A DNA stretch of 20,000 bases, from the IMG/VR virus record IMGVR_UViG_3300025012_000065, one strand, 5' to 3'. The stretch's first letter is position 1; every line of letters begins with the position of its first letter. Under the pieces are notes generated by a model, which was not told where the DNA came from, did no database searches, and saw nothing but the letters and a program-made list of their open reading frames with translations. The DNA is from an uncultured virus (IMG/VR IMGVR_UViG_3300025012_000065) (lineage: Duplodnaviria > Heunggongvirae > Uroviricota > Caudoviricetes). Positions 15,336 to 20,000 of this stretch are shown one piece after another. The translations under genes were made by a program, and so were the position numbers.

Positions 15336-16637
15336 TTAAACATTCTTCCTTTCAAGCATACGTATAATTTGGGTATTAGACAGTTTAGTTCCAGGATGTT
15401 TCTTACGATAAGCTGTTGCCTTTTTAATGTCCGAACTCTTCTTATAAGCGCCTGATGCAGTGCCTACGCCTAGAATTCCAGCCGTCAATTTGGCCCCAAC
15501 TGTAGCTAGTTCTTGTGTTGCTATCGCTGCTTGACCTATATTATTGGCTTTAGCTACTTCAGCTTCCGCAAGTTTTCGGACACTAACAACTTCAATTTTA
15601 CCAGCCGCGTTAAATGCGATTATTGGATTTATCGCCTTGTACCCTGAATATTTTGAGTCGTTAATATCCTTGATCGCATTGTACCCTTTTGACGATAACT
15701 TCTTATAATAGGCGTCAGTTAACTTTTGCATTTGCGGAGAATGATCTACTAATGAGGCATTAAATACTTCATAGACATTCTTATCAACTTTGCCAGCCTT
15801 TAAAGCCTCTGCTGCTTTAACTGTTTTGGGTCCATAAACTCCACCCCAGACTTTAATGTTCTTAGGAGTCATGTATTCTTTTAAACCCGCTGCAAATTCA
15901 GCATCTGTTTTAACCATTTCGGAAAGTGTTGCGGTTGCATTTTTATGAGACGCCTGTTTAATGTCGGACAATATCTTTATGTCCTTTTTAAATGCATCCC
16001 CGCCCATGTTTCTTTTTAAATGACCAGCAAACAACCCTTGATACTTTATCTTATCCAATCCGTTATTAGCCGCATAAAATGCATCGTTAACTCCTTTTGT
16101 TGAATCAGCGGACATATGTTGTATGAGAGATCCCGATTTTATGATTTTATCGACTCTAAAATTGTGTTCTTTATACGCAATAAACCCAGCCCCACCGACT
16201 AATGCCAGGGTGCCTAATGTTGATAATACTTTCTTAGTTTGTAAATGCTGATATGCAGCGACGGCCGCTTCATCAGAGTTCATCCCCTTTTTCTTATAGT
16301 CGGATTCCATCTTAATCTGGGCATCCGATTTCTTAGTACCCTTAAGCTTATCTAATATTTTCGCTGATGATAGATCGTCGCCACTGTACTTGAGTTCAAG
16401 TTGAGCATTGGTTACTGTTTTCAAGGTTTTGCTTGACGGGGCGAGCATGCCATAGCCTGTTTCTTTGTTCATCTGTCGAACTGCTTTTTTAACGTTTGCT
16501 TTTTGTTTAGCCTGTGCTTTTCGGGCTTTAACCACGGATGCGGGTTCTGCTTTGTGCTTACCCCAACGCATTCCAAGAATACCATAGTGAGATAATTCGG
16601 ACAATGATGGTTTTTCTAAAGCAATTAACATTATCAT
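15336..16637 (-). CDS. Large basic protein with N-terminal HYGILGMRWG tag (DUF7211-like) and a possible enzymatic central domain
   Basis: 433 aa with SELSHYGILGMRWG, two Gly-rich hydrophobic segments, and a GYNAIKDIND...PIIAFN motif. GGGGAGG RBS. Confidence 0.75.
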   Translation of the reverse strand: MIMLIALEKPSLSELSHYGILGMRWGKHKAEPASVVKARKAQAKQKANVKKAVRQMNKETGYGMLAPSSKTLKTVTNAQLELKYSGDDLSSAKILDKLKGTKKSDAQIKMESDYKKKGMNSDEAAVAAYQHLQTKKVLSTLGTLALVGGAGFIAYKEHNFRVDKIIKSGSLIQHMSADSTKGVNDAFYAANNGLDKIKYQGLFAGHLKRNMGGDAFKKDIKILSDIKQASHKNATATLSEMVKTDAEFAAGLKEYMTPKNIKVWGGVYGPKTVKAAEALKAGKVDKNVYEVFNASLVDHSPQMQKLTDAYYKKLSSKGYNAIKDINDSKYSGYKAINPIIAFNAAGKIEVVSVRKLAEAEVAKANNIGQAAIATQELATVGAKLTAGILGVGTASGAYKKSSDIKKATAYRKKHPGTKLSNTQIIRMLERKNV

Positions 16638-16846
16638 GCCTCCCCATTTCCTTCTAGGAATAACCGCGCTAAGTCGTTTAGAACCAGGACACCCTTTACC
16701 TGATTGTTTGGGTATATTCGCGTCTTACCCCAAATGTCTTGTATGGCCCGGGTGGTCCATGCCTCGCAAGTTAGACGAAGACTACCCCCACACAGTCGAG
16801 GAGAAGCCACGAGGTATTTACGCCCCTTATACGCAATAATCTTCAT
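16634..16846 (-). CDS. Hypothetical protein (70 aa)
   Basis: AGGAGG RBS and ATGA overlap with the downstream gene. No recognisable motif. Confidence 0.6.
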   Translation of the reverse strand: MKIIAYKGRKYLVASPRLCGGSLRLTCEAWTTRAIQDIWGKTRIYPNNQVKGVLVLNDLARLFLEGNGEA

Positions 16847-16855
16847 GACGTCCTC

Positions 16856-17013
16856 CTAATCGTCGAGGCCTGACTGGCCACTATAAGATTGCATAACATT
16901 GAGTTCATTTATATACGGTTCATCGACCCTTTTTTCATAGTTTTGATTAACTCTGTTTTAGTTACGATAAGTTCTCTCTGCTTTTCAAGGATTTCCCGAT
17001 ACGTTCTGCTCAT
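16856..17013 (-). pseudogene. Diverged, frameshifted duplicate of the 3' end of the putative terS gene
   Basis: Reads MSRTYR-EILEKQRELIVTKTELIKTMKK, then in another frame DEPYINELNVMQSYSGQSGLDD*. The upstream gene ends DILEKQRELIIAKTDAIKSGKKTEELYANALRAMRAYSGQDDPDD*. Confidence 0.8.
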
Positions 17014-17078
17014 CACCAGAACTTGCTATTCGATTTATCGTGCTGTTTTTCTAAACTGAGCATTCAAATCGCCCCTCT

Positions 17079-17411
17079 TCAATCGTCAGGATCATCTTGT
17101 CCGCTGTAAGCTCGCATTGCTCTAAGAGCGTTCGCGTATAATTCTTCCGTTTTCTTTCCTGATTTAATAGCGTCCGTTTTGGCTATGATGAGTTCCCGTT
17201 GTTTTTCGAGAATGTCTATCTCAATTCGTTCCTTGGTCGAACTTCTTTTTAGATAATGAGATATGACTTGCGATGACGCCGTGCCTTTTAAAAGTTGTTT
17301 CTCAGCCAAGTCAACGGCTAATTCTATTAATTGGTTCTCACGAGCTTCAGGCGTTGTTGCTGGTGGTCGTCGCTTTCTTGACGGCGATTCTTCTCTCTTA
17401 GTTACGGCCAT
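17079..17411 (-). CDS. Putative terminase small subunit
   Basis: 110-aa helical, basic protein (PATTPEARENQLIELAVDLAEKQL...ASSQVISHYLK) heading the packaging module. AAAGGGGG RBS. Function inferred from size and synteny. Confidence 0.55.
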   Translation of the reverse strand: MAVTKREESPSRKRRPPATTPEARENQLIELAVDLAEKQLLKGTASSQVISHYLKRSSTKERIEIDILEKQRELIIAKTDAIKSGKKTEELYANALRAMRAYSGQDDPDD

Positions 17412-17432
17412 CTTTAAGTCATCCCCCTTTTC

Positions 17433-17936
17433 CTAGATGTATGTTTTCTTGCATGGAGCATTTACAATAATACCGTTTGCTTGCAGAACTTTATGATTAC
17501 AATTGACACAGTCATCCCCAGATAACTTGATGTTAGCAGTGTTCATATTCTTAGCTCTGCCTTGCGGAACCAGTTTTAACAAGTGAACTTTATCTGCATT
17601 TTTAGGAATATACGCATTTTTACCGGGGACTAAACAGACGTTTGCTTCCACCTTAATTTCCTGTATTACGTCCGTATTGTATCTTATTTGGTTTAGAGCA
17701 TTAGTGTAGACCCATACGTTTTTAGTTCTACTTTTACAGTATTGTAGAATATCCCAGAATTGAGGATGAGATAAGGGTTCCCCACCAGATATATTTATCA
17801 AATCAAAAAGAGTAACCTCTTTTAAAAAGTCTTTGATCTTATCCAAGGATAAATGTTCGCCATTAACTGAGGCGTTTGTGGAGCAATAACTACACGTATG
17901 CTGACAGTAAGTTGTAATATCAATTGTGTATTCCAT
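17433..17936 (-). CDS. Radical SAM protein (unusually short)
   Basis: CxxxCxxC (CQHTCSYC), ISGGEP, YTN and PQGRA motifs, plus C-terminal CVNC...G-x-I-x-x-x-PC. Confidence 0.85.
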   Translation of the reverse strand: MEYTIDITTYCQHTCSYCSTNASVNGEHLSLDKIKDFLKEVTLFDLINISGGEPLSHPQFWDILQYCKSRTKNVWVYTNALNQIRYNTDVIQEIKVEANVCLVPGKNAYIPKNADKVHLLKLVPQGRAKNMNTANIKLSGDDCVNCNHKVLQANGIIVNAPCKKTYI

Positions 17937-18580
17937 TACTTTATTGTCACCCCTACGTTCCGATATACTTCGGCTCTGGCTAAGACCGTCTTGGCGTAAG
18001 CACTAATCTGCCATTCAGAGTACATCTCGAATGCCGTTTTATGATCCATATTGTAAAGCATTAATACCAACTCCGGGTCTTTATACGTAGTGAATAGTTC
18101 GGCGAGATAATCAACCCCTATTAAAATGTTACCATATGGATCATAGAAATTAGTGACTCCTAGTTTTTGAGCTCTTTGAGCATGCCAACGTGTACTTACT
18201 TGCATTAGTCCAAGACAGTCACCGTTTGTTGCTGCGGGTAAGTATTCAGACTCCTGTTGAATGATACTCCTGATAAGCATAGGATCTATGGCATATCGTA
18301 AAGCGATTATTCGTACATAGTAATTGATCTCTTCGTGCGGGTTAAACTTAATACTTCTAGAGACTGTAACTTTTGGTTTTTCTGGTATAATAGTAGTTGT
18401 TTTAACTGCGATGAAATCTAGTGTTGTTCTATGCGGTATGTTAAAAGTAGAAGGCTTAGTGTTCACGCCACTTAAGATTAAACTAATCGCTATAAAAATG
18501 ATCACCATAAGTAAAATTACATTGAGACATAGACTACTAAATGTTAAAATTTTCAAACGGTTTTGTTGTGTCAGGTTCAT
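17936..18580 (-). CDS. Membrane-anchored lytic transglycosylase (SLT domain)
   Basis: SLT motifs IIQQES (catalytic Glu), GLMQV, DP-x-x-NI-x-x-G-x-x-YL and YN. N-terminal transmembrane segment. GAAAGGGG RBS favours ATG 18580. Confidence 0.88.
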   Translation of the reverse strand: MNLTQQNRLKILTFSSLCLNVILLMVIIFIAISLILSGVNTKPSTFNIPHRTTLDFIAVKTTTIIPEKPKVTVSRSIKFNPHEEINYYVRIIALRYAIDPMLIRSIIQQESEYLPAATNGDCLGLMQVSTRWHAQRAQKLGVTNFYDPYGNILIGVDYLAELFTTYKDPELVLMLYNMDHKTAFEMYSEWQISAYAKTVLARAEVYRNVGVTIK

Positions 18581-19268
18581 GGTGATGACCCCTTTCAAGA
18601 TAGTTACAATTAGCTTTTTTCCTGTTACTCCCCGCCCTGATTAACTCACTGTAAGCAAGTTCGTCTATAATCCTACAGAAGTCTGGAAATTCCCGTTGCT
18701 TATGATTGTTCCGATTATGACGAACATTTCTAAGATTCTCGTAACTACCAGTCCATGTGGATAAGAAGTTGTAGTTTTGAGGCGAATCGAATATGATCTC
18801 TCGCCATAGCGCTTTAGCGGCTTTGGGGTCAGTCTCTTTTAGCTGTTGGTATTCCAATATTCGCCTGTTCAAATCATCTAGCACATACTGTCGGAAGGGA
18901 GTCATGTTATACTCGCCGTCTTCATTATCATAGCTGAAATCATGGACGGTAAGTAATCTAGTTCCGAGTTTATGCATTCTACTAGTGCTGTTTTTAACAG
19001 TAGCCACCTTGTATGTATCCATGTCCCACCACCAACTCATAGGGGCGGTTATATCCATAGAAACGAATATCTGTCTCATGAATTTAGAGTGGTCGGAACC
19101 GGCTCTTATTAATTTTAGGGCTAACGCCATGTCTTTTGGACCCATAACAAACGTATTAGATCCCTCCTGAACGAAGCTATCCGACTCGCCCCAACTCTCT
19201 AGAGGGTTTCTCATTCCTCGTATAGCATTTTCCAGATTCATGACCGATATGTTTTTGACAGATATCAT
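18537..19268 (-). CDS. ThyX-like (flavin-dependent thymidylate synthase fold) protein, divergent
   Basis: GSDHSKFMRQI, TYKVATVKNSTSRMH and R-x-x-HKQREF line up with the ThyX GH-x-S, RHR-x7-S and R...HAQ-x-E elements, but the RHR signature is absent. GGAGG RBS. Confidence 0.55.
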   Translation of the reverse strand: MISVKNISVMNLENAIRGMRNPLESWGESDSFVQEGSNTFVMGPKDMALALKLIRAGSDHSKFMRQIFVSMDITAPMSWWWDMDTYKVATVKNSTSRMHKLGTRLLTVHDFSYDNEDGEYNMTPFRQYVLDDLNRRILEYQQLKETDPKAAKALWREIIFDSPQNYNFLSTWTGSYENLRNVRHNRNNHKQREFPDFCRIIDELAYSELIRAGSNRKKANCNYLERGHHHEPDTTKPFENFNI

Positions 19269-19283
19269 AGTTTATGTACCCTC

Positions 19284-19547
19284 CTAAATATTGTAGTGAC
19301 TTTTTAATCGAGCTTTATCGCTACAGCTTTCCCCGTTCCATGTGATACAACTACCACAATTTTTAATTATATCACCCTGACTGTTTAGAGCTAGTTCTGA
19401 TGGTTCAAAGAAGTCACACGAAATAAGAAACGTATTACTAACAGGTTTAATGGTAGGACCACTTCTAGATTTGGTAATAGTTTTAACCAATAGGGTCACA
19501 AATATGATCGTCGCTAGAGTACCAACCGTTTTTGCTAATACTTTCAC
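19284..19547 (-). CDS. Small protein with N-terminal membrane anchor and Cys-rich domain
   Basis: Hydrophobic TVGTLATIIFVTLLV, then CDFFEP...KNCGSC...GESCSD. GAGAGG RBS with GTG start. Confidence 0.6.
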   Translation of the reverse strand: MKVLAKTVGTLATIIFVTLLVKTITKSRSGPTIKPVSNTFLISCDFFEPSELALNSQGDIIKNCGSCITWNGESCSDKARLKSHYNI

Positions 19548-19568
19548 AAGTGTTTGTGCCTCTCTTCT

Positions 19569-19706
19569 AACAGTCCATAAACACTTTCAAACGCGACGGT
19601 AAGACTTCTAACGCTGAGACAGCGTCTCTTGAAAGGAGAGCAGGCTCACCACACCTACTTTTACGAAGTCCAACTGTCGCGTTTGAAAGTGTTTATAGAA
19701 TATGTT
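19569..19706. ncRNA. Candidate structured RNA (long stem closing three hairpins)
   Basis: Perfect 21-bp inverted repeat (19577-19597 / 19676-19696), extended by gacttc/gaagtc (19603-19608 / 19665-19670), enclosing three small hairpins. Fills most of an intergenic gap. Confidence 0.55.
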
Positions 19707-19961
19707 TTAATAATGTTCCACCCCACGATTCGTATGATTTAGCATATGTGAATATGCATTATGTTTCTTTTCCATTTCGGCTAATGCCGCATGCATGTCT
19801 TCACATTTGGTTCCCGTTCCATAATCACAGGTAAAACAGTTTTTCGGTTTCCCACTGACATAATCTGGTGCGGGAATATAATCTGGACATAAACATTTGA
19901 GGATTGGCTTGCCTATGGTTGACACCTCAACACGACCTCCTTCGAATATGTTTTGAAACAT
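19707..19961 (-). CDS. Small Cys-rich hypothetical protein
   Basis: CPDYIP...KNCFTC...GTKCED has the same Cys pattern as the neighbouring ORF. GGGGGAG lies upstream of the ATG. Confidence 0.55.
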   Translation of the reverse strand: MFQNIFEGGRVEVSTIGKPILKCLCPDYIPAPDYVSGKPKNCFTCDYGTGTKCEDMHAALAEMEKKHNAYSHMLNHTNRGVEHY

Positions 19962-20000
19962 ACAGGAAAACGCTCCCCCGGAGTATTTTTTAGGGGACAG

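Noticed and set aside
16921..16940. Programmed frameshift at ATG AAA AAA GGG in the terS duplicate
   Set aside because: The A-run is not phased as a canonical A AAA AAG site; mutation or sequencing error is simpler.
17433..17936. Viperin-like or QueE assignment for the radical SAM protein
   Set aside because: Too short for viperin, and no other 7-deazaguanine pathway genes are visible in the window; the subfamily cannot be assigned by eye.
19569..19706. tRNA, CRISPR repeat or simple terminator reading of the structured element
   Set aside because: No T-arm GTTC motif or CCA end, the closing stem is far longer than a tRNA acceptor stem, it is single-copy with no spacers, and there is no U-tract.

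Overview
The window is one co-oriented (minus-strand) block of a long-tailed dsDNA phage or prophage of siphovirus type. Strong AGGAGG/GAAAGG ribosome-binding sites (RBS) suggest a Bacillota host (inference). In transcription order (20000 to 1): an accessory cluster (two paralogous Cys-rich small proteins flanking a highly structured ~130-nt intergenic element, a ThyX-like protein, a membrane-anchored lytic transglycosylase, a miniature radical SAM protein); packaging and head genes (putative small terminase, HNH endonuclease, SH3 protein, head-tail connector, large terminase, portal, protease-scaffold-capsid fusion); then the tail module (head closure, tail terminator, major tail protein with Ig-like domain, inserted fibre-like gene, two chaperone-type genes, neck protein, and a tape measure gene running off the left edge that the ORF track misses). 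Three observations stand out. (1) Three intact genes and one frameshifted relic share an N-terminal [LI]xH[YF]G[IV]LGM[HR]W(G) tag on unrelated bodies, and all 8 His residues in the capsid precursor's linker sit in a matching hydrophobic-x-His pattern; this suggests a tag-and-cleave virion cargo system. (2) A cloverleaf-like candidate RNA has a segment complementary to downstream RBSs. (3) Several recombination scars are visible. All product names come from motif recognition and synteny, not database searches.
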